A stretch of 64,000 nucleotides of DNA from Camelus ferus (GCF_009834535.1 NC_045697.1:47928001-47992000), one strand, 5' to 3'. Shown: positions 1 through 14,214, numbered from the stretch's first letter. Notes: generated by a model from the letters alone, not told the origin. Made by a program: numbers and translations.

Positions 1-2077
1 AAACATACCTAGGTAACTTGACCATGGAATACAGATGCTATGATTCATTATGAAAGTAGAAATAAAGCCCACTAATAAAAATAAACATTTTAAAGGGAAA
101 TTTTTCTTATCTGAAACAAAGAAGTAAGTTATTTGAAAACCTTTCAGACTAAAAATAATAATCCCAAATTTTGCAGTAAAAACGGTGATAAAAACATCTC
201 AACACTAAAGAAAATTGAGGCCAAGAGAGTTACAAAGAATGGATAAAGTAACAAAGGTGACAAAATTAGTTTCTGTGAAAAACCAGTTCACCATGCAAAG
301 CAAGGCACTAGCTAAAAACAGATATATTCAGTATTCAGTTTCAGTTTTAATTGACTATATTTAGTATTTTTTGGTTTTGTTGAGCTTGACTTTAATTACA
401 AAAAAATTATGAGAATTATTTTCAAATTTAATTGCAATTCTGGTTTAATTTTTTTAAATAATGTTCAATTTCAGGTCTTACTTGGGAAAGAATGTAAGTC
501 TGATTCCATGAAAACAAATACTACTATAATGCAAGTGCCTAATAAAAAGTGCCAAACCTCGGTCCAATATCCCATAAGGATGTGTTATTCAATGCAGACT
601 ACTAAAAATAAACAAAACTCTAGTACCGCAAAAGAATTGGAGGGTACATTTGAATTTGTTTACAGTATAGAACATGATCTATAATTCAGATGAGCGTTAG
701 TGGCTATCATGTATGAATTTTAGCAGGATGTTTTTTAGTTTAACTAGAGTTAAAATTTGAAGACTAATCTACTAAAACAGTGTTAAAATATTTGCTCTAT
801 TTACACTATAAAACTTTATTTGAAATAACATCTATCTACAGCAGATATCCAGCTCCATCTAAAAGAAACTGTGTCTCCAAATGGACTTACTTTTCCTCCC
901 AAATCTACTCCCTGCTTCCATAAATGGTATCAGTTTATTAGGAAATGCCTAGGCTTAATCTCAGCATCATTTGATACTTCCCTTTCTCCCTCTCAACCTG
1001 TCCACTCCTAACTACTTAGTGCAAAGTCCTATTATTTTTGACAACTGTCCTCTTCACTTCAGTCTCATTACGAAGACTTTAGTTTAAACATTATCTTTAT
1101 TAGTCTCTGGCGATTGTACCTGAACTGGTCTCCTGATCTCTAGTTTTGATTCATGCCAATACATCTTACAAACTTTTGCTAGATCAAAGCTCTAAAGAAT
1201 TTCCCACCTTAAAAATTTCTAAGAGATTCTTGCTGAATATAGAATAAAAGTACAAGATCTTTAGGACCTTTTTCCAAGATCTTGCTCAATATGGTATCAA
1301 TCTACCTAACATATTCTCTCATTTCAACATAGAAGTACCATTCACTAGAGCCAAAGAGAACTAACTGATATTTCTGGAATGGGGCCTATAATTTCTGACT
1401 TTACTTCAGTGTATATGATTAACAGATTCTTTCTACTTAAAATTATACTCCCCTTAATCCACTCATCAAATTATTCATGGTACAGTTTAAATGTTACCTC
1501 CTTCAGGATGCCTTCTCTGATTTCCCCACCATGTAAACCCCTCCTCTATTGAACATCTACAGTGCCCTGTAAATTTATCATATAACACTTCATACTTTAT
1601 AACAAGGCTATTTATGGAGCAAACTTAATTCTCTTACTAGGTTTCATAAGGGGGGAAATACCCAGAAGGGAAAGCTGCTTAAGGGAAATAACTACAGAGC
1701 CACACACTGTAAGCACTCATGTATATATGCTGACTGCTGACATAAATGAGCATACGTACTATATTGATAAAGAGGTACGGAATAGTATGATGATAACATA
1801 CCTAGTGAGTACTATGTCCCAGTAATTTAAAAGTAGACTATGGCCTAAATTTAAAGAATTGGTATTATAAAATAGGATTTCAAATTATATTAAATCACCA
1901 ACATTAATGCCAAAGGAAAAAGAATCAAACCCACATGTTCTTAGATAATATAAAACTCAAATACCAGGACGTATTATTTATTCTACACAGATATTAGCAG
2001 ATTTGTTTTCTAACTAAACATACATATTAGAAAGTTGTTGATAGCATACTGAAATTGTAAAGAAAATTCTCCCTTAC

Positions 2078-2189
2078 TTCGAGTAAACTTAGGAAATCTT
2101 TTTTTCAGTTTCTTCTTTAATGGATTAAGCTCAGGCATTATTTCTGGAACAGCTACATAAAAGTCTGGTTGAATTTCGTCATCTAAAAT
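2078..2189 (-). CDS. MRPL1: MRPL1 coding exon 6 ([37 protein letters not shown] + 1 nt); gene continues left of the window
   Basis: ttttcag| acceptor, GAA|gtaagg donor, 112 nt; [14 protein letters not shown] matches MRPL1. Confidence 0.95.
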
Positions 2190-3144
2190 CTGAAAATCGG
2201 GGGAAAAAAGATAATCTTAGATTATATAAAAATCTTCATCCTTCTGAAAATAAAGTATAATATAGTAATTTCCCTTATAATTTAGAAAATAGATATTAAG
2301 CACAATTTTTTCTTCACACACATGGTTCATATGAACGCATCTGCCAATTATGAAAACCATCAGAAGCAGCAAAACATTTTCTGACGTTTTCCTTTAAATA
2401 TAGCCACATTCATTTAAAAAAAAGCATTTATTAAGTTTAATTCTTCCATAAGGTTATGTTAGGCAAAAGTGCTACAAGCTAAAACATAGCACTGATATAT
2501 ATATGGCTCATACAATCCCACAAAGTTGAATTCGTATGTCCATTAAGACTGAAGAAACACACTGAAAATTTTGCAATGGATCACACATAAAATTAATAAC
2601 ACTAGCTGTCAAACCACTAGCAAATACACCGCCTTCCTAAATATAGATCATCAAGAGAACTGAATCTATAATTATTTTCACAAAGAACTGAAACTAAAAT
2701 TCTCTTTGCCTCTAATAACTAAAAATTAAGTAAGAGTGGGATGGTCAAAGACAAGCTTACTTATATTTTATTACCCATACTCTAATTTCATTTTAAAAGC
2801 AAAGAGAATAACTTCAATTCTTAAAAGACATTTTAAATTAATTCAGGCACCCCAAATAATTATTGTACTACTACAGTACACTCCATTTAAAAATTTAGTT
2901 CATTATAAAATGAAGCAACTTTTTAGAACAATATCACCTAGCAACAAATATTTAGCAAGGACTCTTTTTGCATAAAATCTTACCACAATATGTCATCCAG
3001 AGTCTTGGTTTGGGGTTACACAATGAACGCTAAAAACTTGAACTCTGGCAAAATTAAGCAGTGATTGTGGAATTTTATTTTCCTGTTACTATTCTCTCTT
3101 TTTACAAGTTCTTTACTCCCTAAATAACATACTGCACTCCCTTG

Positions 3145-3390
3145 AACAATAACTTACATTAAACAAGCACTAAACACATGCCAAGGATTCTGCTAAATAC
3201 GTTACATAGTTTAGTTCATCAAGTCTTCACAATAACCAAAGGAGGGAACAGTACTAATATTGATCACATGTGCCAGATGAGGAAATTGAGGACTTGGGGA
3301 AGATGAGTCAGTCTGTGCACTTTTAAGAGGCAGACCCAGAATTCAAATACAGGCAGTATGGTTTCAGAACCAGGGCTCTCATCACTAAAA
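3145..3390 (-). mobile_element. MIR SINE
   Basis: CAGATGAGGAAATTGAGG core (reverse orientation). Confidence 0.7.
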
Positions 3391-5443
3391 ATACGAAAGC
3401 AGAGGCAATTCTGAAATGACAAAGAACTGTACATGAAATTTCTACTCTAAGATCTTCCAATGCTGATTCTAAAACATGTTCCTTTGAACTAAATTAAAAA
3501 TTATGTTTGAAAGTTATGCTATAGTTAGCCTTAAGACTATTATCACAGAATACAAAACTACATAGATGGAAATCATGCTTTAGAGAGACAAGTAAAAATG
3601 AAACTATTTTAAAATCCCTCAGAACCAAGCATACTTCTGATATTTCACAAGTATTGTAATCAAAGCAAAATGAATTTAGTAAATAAAAGTCTTATCTAAG
3701 AAATGGCTAAAAGTTCAGTAAATTCATCCTACGTTTACCTACTATAAGCACTAAGTAAAATCTAAAAACTAAGTATTTAAACTAATTAAAAATACAGAAA
3801 TATGTTTTAAAAAATTGCAGCCATGATACTATTTACAAAACTGTACTGAATTTACTTCACAACCTGAATACCTTTTAAACACAAAATGGATGAATTTTAA
3901 GATACCAGGGGATAATCTGCAAGAATATACTGGTTTTGATGCCTTATAAAGGTGGTATTTTTCCCTCTAATAATAGATTAACATTTGGGCATCTAAAGAG
4001 AAATTCTGTTCCTGTAATATTTTACTTACCAAATAATTCAAAATATACTTGGTTTCCTTATTTGGGTTACTTTCTCAAATATGTTTTTGTTTAATGGATT
4101 TAATGCTGCAGAACACTTTCTGCTCCTTTACCATTTCTTTCTTGAGAAGTAACTTCTTACTGAGCATTTAAGGAGTGGAGGTATCTATTCAAACTCTACT
4201 GTTGCTATGACAGTTCTACATGATACTCTTAGGCTTGCGGGAAAAAACAGATGGAAAGCAGCATACAAGTTTAATAAGAATGGCTAGTTCTCTGATTTCA
4301 AAGATCAAGCTCCACTCTCAAATTCCAAAGAATCTGTGATTTTGTTTATTTTTTTAATAATTTAAAGAATTTTAATAATCTTATTAAATTAAAATGTATG
4401 ATACGCCAGAAAGTATTGGGTACCACCCTGTGACTTTCACCTAGAATCTGTATGAAAGCATAATCTCTTCATATTTTCCATTAGTTCTGCTCCCAAAAAT
4501 AATTCTGGAGATTCTCCTTAAAAATCCAGAATTCACACCAAATTTAGACTACTACTTGGATAGAAAAAAACAAACTACAAGCACTGATGTGCATCCCAAA
4601 AGAAGGGTCCAGTTAAAACTTCCCCCAAATCGAAATCTGAATATGGGACAAAAGATAAATTTTCAAGTCACTTTCTCCTGTTCTAAAAACAAAAAAGAAA
4701 AGTATTACAGAGTCTAAATGATTAAATTTAGAAGAAAAGATTAGAATGTTAAGGAAAATCTTTTGTATTTTCAGAATAACTCTCAAAGTTCAACAGATGT
4801 GCCTCTTCTTCCCACCTCTTAAAAAAAAAAAAAGCGCTGTCTTTGTTGCAAACAGGCTCCACAAATTCTCTCCTTTTTCTCAAGACAGGGTATATGATCA
4901 TTTTTTGCCTCCATGCTGAGCCTACACCACTTGAACCAATGGGGCTGGGGGTGCGGGTGATAAAGTTAAGAATAACCAAAAAAAACATATTATAGAGGTC
5001 AGATACTATCCTTTGTGACTAAAGCAAATCACACTTTTCACTCCCAGAAATCAAAATTAGTATTTGATCTTCAAACTATGAATAAAGATATCCACATGTG
5101 CTACCTTTTGGATTTCATCTTAAATCTCACATTCAAAACCACAGAGTCATATTTCCCTTTCCAGCCTACCCACAAAACTCTAGGAAACATATAGGAAGCA
5201 AGGGGGAAAAAAAATCACAGTATAAATCAAGCATACTTAACGTCAGACTGTCTGGATAGTTTTTTCTTAGCTTGATTTTGAGACTCAAAAGAGTAGGAAA
5301 ATTTTCCCGTTTTGTAAAGCTCTACCTAACCATTTATCAAAAGATATGAGCACAGTGGTTATGTCCCACATGTAATAAATCAATGGATGACAAAGATAAC
5401 GGAACAATTTCTGTAACTAATGAACACAAAAACAACACTGTAC

Positions 5444-5515
5444 CTTCTGAATCAGATTAGTTCCTCCTGCAAACGCAGCTCCATTTTCTTCTGCTATTTT
5501 AATCTCTGATGCATT
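5444..5515 (-). CDS. MRPL1: MRPL1 coding exon 5 ([24 protein letters not shown])
   Basis: ttttggtag| acceptor, AAG|gtacag donor, 72 nt, phase 0-0; A-x-E-x-GA-x-F-x-GG motif typical of uL1. Confidence 0.95.
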
Positions 5516-5843
5516 CTACCAAAATACAATATTTTGAACATCAATCCTTAAACAAATTCTGTCTGCTTTCAAGCATTTTGTCACAAATAACACGACAGTT
5601 CAAAGTAAAAACCATGTTTTTTACTTTTAAATAAAAAATGCATCAATTTTCAACCAGATGCATCAGAGATATTACAACCAGAACAAGTTTAGTTTATAAG
5701 TGACTAAGGTGTTTCTTAACTAACATATGAGGAAATACATCAAAATGGCATATTAGGAACACACCAAATAGTTCAATTTAAGTCTCCAATGCCATCAATG
5801 TATCATATTGCAAAAGTAAAAAATTAAAATATATTTAGGTTTT

Positions 5844-6009
5844 GTTTTTTTTTCTTATTTCTTATCGAAGTGCAGTCAATTTACAAACATTAGTTTCAGA
5901 TGTACAGCAAAGCTATTCAGTTACACATACACATACATACACATATATTTTTCAGTTTCTTTTCCATTACAGCTCATTAAAAGAAACTGGATACAGTTCC
6001 TAGTGCTAT
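5844..6009 (-). mobile_element. 5'-truncated L1 3' end
   Basis: Reverse complement of an L1 3'UTR terminus similar to 22290-22460 and 42480-42640; flanked by similar ATATTTAG(G)TTTTG repeats. Confidence 0.7.
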
Positions 6010-6803
6010 AAAAATATTTAGTTTTGCTAATTTAAATGAAGACATTTTATCAAACCAATATAGAAGAGTAAAAATTTTTAAGAAATGACAGAAACAAAAT
6101 TTAGCTTGTTATCTGAAAATTCAAAAAAAAAATACACGGTATTAGTGTTTTTTTCTGTATGTTCCATTTATGCCATTTGGTTTTACTGTGAAAATATATC
6201 ACTCCCTTAGTTACTCAAGTTCTGTGTGGCATCTCAAGAGCTATATTCTCTACTTTTCCTGGAAAAATGAATCTCTTCATTAAAAGTGAGGTGGATGAAG
6301 AATAGTCAGAAACTTCAAAAAACAAACCATAAACACGTTGTAAACAAATGTTTAAGACAAAACAAATGACAAAGAGCTGAAACTATATTTGTTATAGCCT
6401 GGACTTTCATGACTTTCCAGACTAGACATTTTTAAAAGTGTGGTTTCTGTGTCTTCACAGCACTAAGTTGGCCCACTGCTTTTAAATTAATTTTATTATT
6501 GTTGTTTGAAGAGAAGAGTATGAGCAGCTAGTAGGATAAATCCTATATTTCTCTTCAGTTTCTAAGAAACATAATGTGGTAGATGAATAATGACGAAGTT
6601 AATGTTGTGACTGAGCTCTCTCTCAAACTAACGACATAAACTCAAATAAGTCATCATATAGCTTTGAGCTTCACATGGAGAACGTAAGACTAGGGGAATG
6701 CTAGGGTTTTCTCTAACTTTACTCATTCAGTTATTCTAATCATTGATTAATGTCATATGTAAAAAAAAATTAATGATATAAAAAGTTTACATCAGTTACT
6801 CAC

Positions 6804-6887
6804 CCCTGTAAATACAGCAACTTTATTGATTTCTGAAATGAATGGGTATGGAAAACTAAGAACACTGGCAAATGGCTCCACTTTTTT
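6804..6887 (-). CDS. MRPL1: MRPL1 coding exon 4 ([28 protein letters not shown])
   Basis: tatttag| acceptor, GGG|gtgagt donor, 84 nt, phase 0-0; ribosomal L1 domain sequence. Confidence 0.95.
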
Positions 6888-8194
6888 CTAAATACACAAC
6901 AATGGAAAAACAATTATGAAAAATTCATCTTTTCTGTATCTCTCACATCTATATAAAACTGACATGCTTTGTTTTTAATGTTTTCATTCTACCATACATC
7001 CCCTCATGAATCCAGAACTATTCACTGATTACAATTTAAGGCATAAGAGATTATATTTCTTTTATAAGAAACCATAATAAAAATCTAAATCTCTCTTCTC
7101 AGCTCCACAGTCCCATGGCCCTTGGCTTCTATCTCTACATCATTCATCACCGTCTCTCTTATGTTAAGAGATGTGTTTGCATACCCCTATCTTCCCCAGC
7201 ACCCAATACAATGCTTTCCACATGACAGATGTCAATAAATGTTTGCTACCTAGAACTAAATTCAAAAGAACATGTAATTTCTTCACACCATCAAGGAGGA
7301 TACGAATAGAGCTATGAATACTGAACAATATCCAGCGGATCTGCTCAGTAGGTCACCCGGATCTCCATCATTGGCTTTAACACTCAGATAAATCAGATCA
7401 TATTAACCAGAAATTCAAGACAGTTTGCCAAGCCAGAAAGGCTCTTCCAAGTAGTCTATTTTAAAACAACCTGCACCACCCACTACTTTCAGATATCTGA
7501 AAGTCCCAAATAAACAATGGCACATACTTGAGGCACCCTAATACAGGCAGAGTTTCTACAGGGCCTCATAACTAATTTGTTCAGTCATTTGGTCAAGGAC
7601 CTGTCTAGGCCTGTGCCTCAGAGCTCTTAGGGAGACTTTACAGGAAAACAAATTCTAGGCCCATAGTTTTGGTGCAGCCTTAAGATCTGGAAGAAAGAGA
7701 AAAGGAATTATTCCCTAATTAAAACTGATTGAAAGATTATATTTTTAGAAAATCTTTATTTTGAGTGGAGACAACCCTGTAAGGATTTCTTTTCAGACAA
7801 AAAGGCACTAACTCTTAAGCACAGTTTATATCAGACGTGCAACTCAGTTTTATTGACTGGCATTCCTTTGCCATTAACATGTCACAACTAGCTTCAGTAA
7901 ATTTTCCAATGGCAAGCAATCACAACAATAGCATCCCCCAGGGGAATAATGGCTTGTTTTACAAGCACTCTATCAAGAACAAAAAATGTCTTAGGAAGAC
8001 AACAGAACCTTTGCAATGCCATTAGTTTACAAGTGGCTTCCATTTCTGAAATGAACCCCACAGCTGGTTAACTGAGAAAGTGTTCATCTCGGACACTACA
8101 TTTTAAAATAAAAGAACTAATAGTAACATTATGGTATAAAATAAAATTATAATAGAGCTAATATAAACTATTTCTAATAAATAAGAACTAAGAA

Positions 8195-8602
8195 ATGAGA
8201 CAGACCTTGGTTCAAATCCTAACTCTACCCCCACTGTTCTTGAGCAAGTTACTTCATTTTCTGTGTCTCAGCTTCCTCTTGAGATTATTACAGGATTAAA
8301 TGAGAAAATGCATCCAAAGCATGTAGCATTGCAGCTGATAAACAGAAGTTTCCAGTAAATGTTATCTGTTATTATTTAACACCAAATCCTTTACTGTTAT
8401 CTCATTTAATCCTGAATATAATCATATAAACTAATAAGCATTTTTAACTCCCTTTATAAGTAAAGAGGTGAAAAAACTGAGGTTTGGAGAGGTTAAATCA
8501 GAAGCTCAAAGTCAAAGAGCAAGTAAACGGTGATGCCAGGATTCCAGCCTGTACTGTAACCTGACTCCAAAGCCTATGCTCTTAAGCACTGTGCAGTACT
8601 GC
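8195..8602. mobile_element. Two MIR remnants in opposite orientation (+ ~8195-8372; - ~8390-8602)
   Basis: GGTTCAAATCC...TTGAGCAAGTTACTT then AAAACTGAGGTTTGGAGAGGTTAAA. Confidence 0.65.
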
Positions 8603-8628
8603 CTCCTCCTGTGCTCAATTAGTGTTAC

Positions 8629-8772
8629 GGAGGGGAGGGTATAGCTCAGTGGTAACACACGTGCTTAGCACGCAGGAGGTCCTGGGTTCAATCCCCAGTA
8701 TAATAGTTAAAAAAAAAACAAAAAACACCTAACTAACTTCCCCCACAAAATGAAAAAATAAAACATAAAAAA
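8629..8772 (+). mobile_element. tRNA-derived SINE (camelid Vic-1-like)
   Basis: GGGGAGGGTATAGCTCAGTGGT (A box)...GGTTCAATCCC (B box), A-rich tail; degenerate TSD TCAATTAGTGTTAC / TCAATTACTGTTGC. Confidence 0.85.
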
Positions 8773-9478
8773 TCAATTACTGTTGCCACTGAGGTTGTTA
8801 AACTGTATTCAAAAACATACACCTTCTAGTTTAACCCCAAAAAAGATACCCTCAGAATAAAAATTAAAATATCATCACCAAGAAAATTAGATTTAAGTGA
8901 GCAGCTTACAAAATTTAGCATAATGGACCTCAGTTCTAATTTAGTGTTTCTCCTACTTTTAGAGCTTTATAAACAAGTCTTCCATGAAACTGCAATACAT
9001 AAACAGACAAAACAGAAGAGTTCTGGTTGAAACGAGAGTAAAGGGCTTTGCACCCAACCCATACAAACTTAGTCTCAACTCAGGATTCTAAGGAACATAT
9101 CTGAAGGCCACTGACCCAATCCAAAGCCTTCATTTACAGAGTAGGAACATCACACCAAGGCAGCTTAAGTCATTTTACAAAGTTACAGTAATATTCCAAT
9201 TAATTTTAACACTACTTTTGTTAAAATTTGTACCAGTGATTTTTCAGGTGAATAGAAGATTCAGGCATTGTATGTTCATCAGTTCTGCAGAATATTTTCA
9301 ACATTTTATTTCATATTTGGAAAATTGAAAGACAGAAAAACATATTTTTCATCCTAAAGTACAAAAAGAGCATAAGATTTCCTAAAAATTATTACGGGAG
9401 ACAAGAATTTTTAAAATTAAGAAACAGCAATTCATTTAACCATTCACAGATGAATTTATTTTAATCAAGTCTACATAC

Positions 9479-9737
9479 CTTTTTCCCCAATGCCATATCC
9501 AGTGTCAAATCAAGATAAATGCCTTGCTTTGGATTAGTAAAGTCCAGAACCTGAAATTTCTTAAGTAAATGAATAGCTTTCTCCACCTCGTATATCTGCC
9601 TTGGGTATAAGCGTTTCAGGTAGACATCATCTTCAGGTTCACCTTCCATAAAGGGATATGACTTTATTTTTTCTGTCTCATCCTTTTTCTCATCTGATGC
9701 TTTTTCTTTGGCACCTTTTTTTGTTTTCTTTGCAGGC
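9479..9737 (-). CDS. MRPL1: MRPL1 coding exon 3 ([12 protein letters not shown]...[60 protein letters not shown])
   Basis: ttccttaag| acceptor, AAG|gtatgt donor, 259 nt; overlaps ORF 9461..9649; near-identical to MRPL1 [25 protein letters not shown]. Confidence 0.97.
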
Positions 9738-10129
9738 CTTAAGGAAAGGTAAGTCCAAGATCAGTTATCTCAATATGTAGTCCAAGAGACTTAAAAAAAA
9801 ACAAAAGGCACTGCACATCAGAAAAAAATGACAAAAGATAAAGTTTAATTTAAAAGCATTGATTACTTTACAGTTTTCCTAGTTCAACAAATATTAAGTG
9901 AACTCTTGTACTGTTTGCAATTGATACAAAGTTGGATAAGGCAGTGCTCTCCAAAAACTTAGAGAAAAGAGACATGTAAATAGATAATTTCAATATAATG
10001 TGGTAAGTACTATGAGACTGTTATCAGAACCATAGGGAAAAGACATTTAATCCATCCTAGGAGGCCAGGAAAGGGTTCTGAAAGAGATGACCCCAAAGTC
10101 AGTTTTTGAAGGATAAGGAAGAATAAGCC

Positions 10130-10605
10130 TAGATATGTACCCAAGACAAATGAAAATATATGACCATACCAAAACTTGCACACAAATGTTCACAGCAGTA
10201 TTAACTCAAAATAGCCAAAAGGTAAAACAACCCAGATGTCCATCAACTGATGAATGGATATATTAAATGTGTTACTTATCCATACAGTGGAATATTTATC
10301 ACCAATGAAAAGGAATGAAGTCCTGATACATGGTGTAATATGCATGAACCTTGAAAAGGTGATGCTAAGTGAAAAAAGTCAATCACAAAAGACCACATAT
10401 TGTATGGTTCCATACACAGGAAGTATCAAGAATGGACATATCAATAGAAACTGAAAGTAGTTTGTGGTTGTCTAGGGCTGGGGGAGAGGGTTAGGGAAAT
10501 GGGGAGTGACTGCTTATGAGCATGGGGTTTTGAGGGAAGATAATGAAAATGTTCTAAAATTGACTGTGGTGATGGTTGCACGACTGTGAATATATTAAAA
10601 ATCAC
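10130..10605 (+). mobile_element. Old L1M (L1MB-like) 3' end
   Basis: AAACAACCCAGATGTCCATCAACTGATGAATGGATA...AATGTTCTAAAATTGACTGTGGTGATGGTTGCAC. Confidence 0.8.
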
Positions 10606-10670
10606 ATGATGAAGCATGATAAACAGAATGGTACACAAGGGGAGCTATTGTAAGTTCTAGCGGACTAGAG

Positions 10671-10993
10671 CAGAAGTTGGTAAACTTTTTCTGTAAGGGA
10701 CCAGATAGCAGATACTCTATGGTCTCTTGTCTCAATAACTCATCTCTACCATTGTAATGTGAAAGCAGCCATAGACAATACAAAATGAATCAGTGTACCT
10801 GTGTTCTAACAAAACTTTATTTATGAAGACAAGTTTTATATTTTTAATAATTTATAATTTTCATATGTCACAAATTACTGTTTTTTCTCCCAATCACTTA
10901 AAAGTGTAAAAACCATTCTTAGATCATGAAACATACAAAAATAGACAGCAGGCCTGATTTTTCGGCCCACTGGCCATATTTTGCTGACTCCTG
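10671..10993. mobile_element. hAT-Charlie MITE (MER58B-like)
   Basis: Termini CAGAAGTTGGTAAAC...TTTGCTGACTCCTG; degenerate 8-bp TSD GACTAGAG / AACTAAAG; internal GCAGCCATAGACAATA. Confidence 0.75.
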
Positions 10994-10999
10994 AACTAA

Positions 11000-11462
11000 A
11001 GGGTAAAGCAAAAGGTGGGAAACAGCAGAAGATGAGGCTGGAGAATCTAGATCACAGAGGGTCTCCTCTAGAGGCAATAAGAAGCCAATAAACAAGACTG
11101 GCATCTGTATTTCAAGTAGAGTATTCTGGGTGCAATATAAGGGATGGATATGAAGGAAGCTGGATTAGAGACAATTAAGAGATAACTCCCTCCCTTTCTT
11201 CTCAAGGAGGTATGACAGCATGAACCAAAGCAGTGATGGCAATAGGCTGGAGAAATTATAGAAATATTTTACAAGGTAAATATTGAACATAGGGAAAAGG
11301 TAAAGAGAAGACTCTAGAATACTTTGTAGGTTTCTGACTTGGGTGACTAGACATAGAGTTAGCATCATTAACTAAAATCAGAAATAAAGAAAGCAAAATG
11401 GGTTTCTTATTAGGGAGGTAGTCACAGAGATGAACTGGAGTTTGGGGCAATGTGGTGTTTGA
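11000..11462 (-). mobile_element. LINE-2 remnant (continues from ~9880-10130)
   Basis: Purine-rich degenerate L2-like sequence interrupted by the L1M and MER58 insertions. Confidence 0.55.
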
Positions 11463-11463
11463 G

Positions 11464-11952
11464 TGTGGGCTTAGTTGCATCAATTGGCCCCAATTTTTTA
11501 TCCTCTCTATTCAAGTCCCTTTACTAAGTGACTTTGCAGTTCCTTCCACTTAAAAAGGTGCAGTATATTTCCCAGGACCTTGGTTTGGTCATGTGACTAG
11601 TAAGCCAACAGAATAAAGCAAGTGACAGCTTCTCTGCTCTAAGCTTAGGCCGTAAGAGGCTTTATCTGTTTCTACTTGTATGTTTGCATTTCTGCCATTT
11701 TCATAAGAACATGCGTAGGCTAGCCCAAAGGTGGGAGGATGAGAGGCACGTAAAACAGAGCTGCCCCCACAGAGCCCCAGGCTAGATTAGACAATTCTCA
11801 GCTGACCTGCAGACTCACAGAGGCACAGCAAGCCCAGCCAAGGTCAGCCAAGACACCTACCCAAACCTAGCTTAGAACAGCTCACCCATATATGTGTGTG
11901 CAATGATAAACAATTGTAGGGTGGCTTATTACATAGCAAACGCTAACAAGAT
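11464..11952 (+). mobile_element. MaLR solo LTR (MLT1G/H-like)
   Basis: GTGACTTTGCAGTTCCTTCCAC...GGTCATGTGACT...GGTGGCTTATTACATAGCAAACGCTAAC. Confidence 0.65.
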
Positions 11953-12134
11953 GCTTACAAAATATCTAAGAAAATATGTTCAACAGGTAAATGCAGGTCG
12001 AAGTTTGAAGCTAAGACAGAACTAGAGGTGATATATTTTCTCAGTATTAATAATTCAAATCACACCTATAATCTTATAACCATACAAGCTGTTTTATCAA
12101 AGAAACAATATTCTAGAGAGATGTCTGGCTTCTC

Positions 12135-12629
12135 TGGTAGACAGAATAAAAGCTTCCCAAAGATGTCCATCCATATCTACATGGCAAAAAGGACTATGTA
12201 GATATTATTAAGACTAAATAACCTGAGATGGGGAGAGTATCCTGGATTATCCAGGTGGTCCTAATCTAATCACACAGTCCTTGAAAGCAGAAAAACTTTC
12301 CCCTTTCATATCTGCATCTGACAGAGATGGGAAGAGACAGGAGAAATTTGAGCATAGGACTCAATATTCCATTCCTCACTTTGAAGATGGAAGAAGGGGG
12401 AGCCACTGAGCCAAGGAATGTGGCAGCCTCTAGAAGCTGGGAATGGTAAAGAAACAGATTCTCTCCTACAGCCTCTAGAAAGGAACAAAGCTCTGATGAC
12501 ACCTCGATTTTAGCCCACTGAGATCCATGTTGGACTTCTGACCTACAGAACTGCAAGATAATAAACCTGTGTTGTTTTAAGCCATGAGGTTGGTGGTAAT
12601 TTGTTACGGCAGCAACACAAAATTAATAT
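12135..12629 (+). mobile_element. MaLR solo LTR (MLT1D-like)
   Basis: CCTGGATTATCCAGGTGG...GCCTCTAGAAGCTGG...GACTTCTGACCTACAGAACTG...AATAAA...TTTGTTACGGCAGCAA. Confidence 0.85.
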
Positions 12630-14214
12630 GGGCTCCTATAAAATATATGTGAAAGAAATAGATGAGAGTAAAATGATTTTAAAAAAAAAAAGCCTCAAAA
12701 ACCAATCCAACATATAATCCGTTCTCACTTATAGCCTTTAATGAATCCTTATTACCACGCTAATAATAGTATCCTCCCAACTAATGAGCAATTCAACAGA
12801 ATAGCAGATAATGACAGTGCTCATTTTTAATGGGACACAGGTGTCCTACTGGACTGATGACAAGTCTTAGTATGTGCCTAAGTGGATGGATGCAACATGC
12901 CTCAATAGTACTTGGAAATATGCCACAAAATTCTGAAATCTTCCAAACTGGAAATCACACTTAACATTTAGTAAAAGAGCAATGAGGCCAATAGAAGAAG
13001 GAGCCTAGACGGCCTGTTTTAGTGATAAACTCTCTAAAATAAACAAATGAATAAATATCCTAGTTATTACCTACAGATTTAGTTTACACAAGTGCTGATT
13101 TTACCACTGAATTTTTAATCATGGCTGAACCTGTCCATTTAATTTGCAATTAATAATACAAAGTTCCCAGAAGTTAAAATATGGTTTTTAAATTAATAAA
13201 TATTTGCAAACCCCAAAAGTCTGTTACATAAAGACACTGATTTGGGTATACAGTGGTTTACTTATATATACTTTGGACCTTGTTTCACAAAGTATTTGAG
13301 ATGGTTCAAGTGAAAATATTGTTAAGTTACAAACAGAACACTGTTAAGTATAACATCTTTATAACAGAGCAAATAGGACTCTAAGGAAAACACTTTTTTC
13401 GAAAATTAAAAAAAAATTTGCAATTGAATAAAATCTGTCAATAATAATTAATTTTATAAACCCACCACCTGTTTCCATGACCGTCCAAAAATTGTCTGTT
13501 TTTATTCATAAGAATCACATCCAGAAGCACTTTATTGTTCATGCAATTATGTGAAGTCCTATCAAGAGGGCTTAAATACTATGAATCTCAGGGAATAAAA
13601 CAACCATATTAGAAAGGTTTTGGGGAAGGTGAGGGAGAAGCACCTGGCAGTCTGAATTAAAGAGAACATAATTTAGCTGCAGTTGCCTGGGTAACTAAAC
13701 CACACAGATTAAATGAGTAATAAGAGACTGTATTCAGGTAATAACTTCCTCCCTGCCTCCCCTCTCTTAACTTCGAAAGCGTGAAAGGAAAAATAATTCT
13801 ATGGTTATACCCAAATAAAACAAGATAAGAAAAAATTCAGTCCTATAATAAAGCTCACTATGAGACCTTTGAAAATCTGTCACGCCAGAGATCCAAGTCC
13901 TTTTAAGGCTAAAGAACCCTTTACATTGAGGAATTGGGGTGAGGGGTGGGAAGTACACAACCGCAGTCAAACTAAATTGAACTAAAGAGAACTAAGGAGG
14001 AAATGCCTAGGGCATATAACCCTTAATGGAATATAAATGTCTCGAATTCTTATATCTAAGTGTAATCACATAAATAAATTCACCAACATCTCTGATGCTG
14101 GTTTATTCATTAAACTAAATGCAGAAGTTCTGCTTACACTTACAATGTAAAAACTGATAGAATGAAACCCAGTCAATAATAATCCAAATAAAAGCTGGAA
14201 AGAACATTAATAAT

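Noticed and set aside
8629..8705. tRNA-Ala-like gene (also at 41310-41384 and 59169-59245)
   Set aside because: A-rich tails, TSDs and three mutually diverged copies indicate tRNA-derived SINEs, not tRNA genes
9738..9756. TTTCCTTAA at the intron 2 acceptor resembling a U12 branch point, plus a perfect plus-strand donor AG|GTAAGT
   Set aside because: The motif abuts the AG with no spacing and the intron donor is U2-type GTAAGT; no plus-strand exon supports the antisense donor
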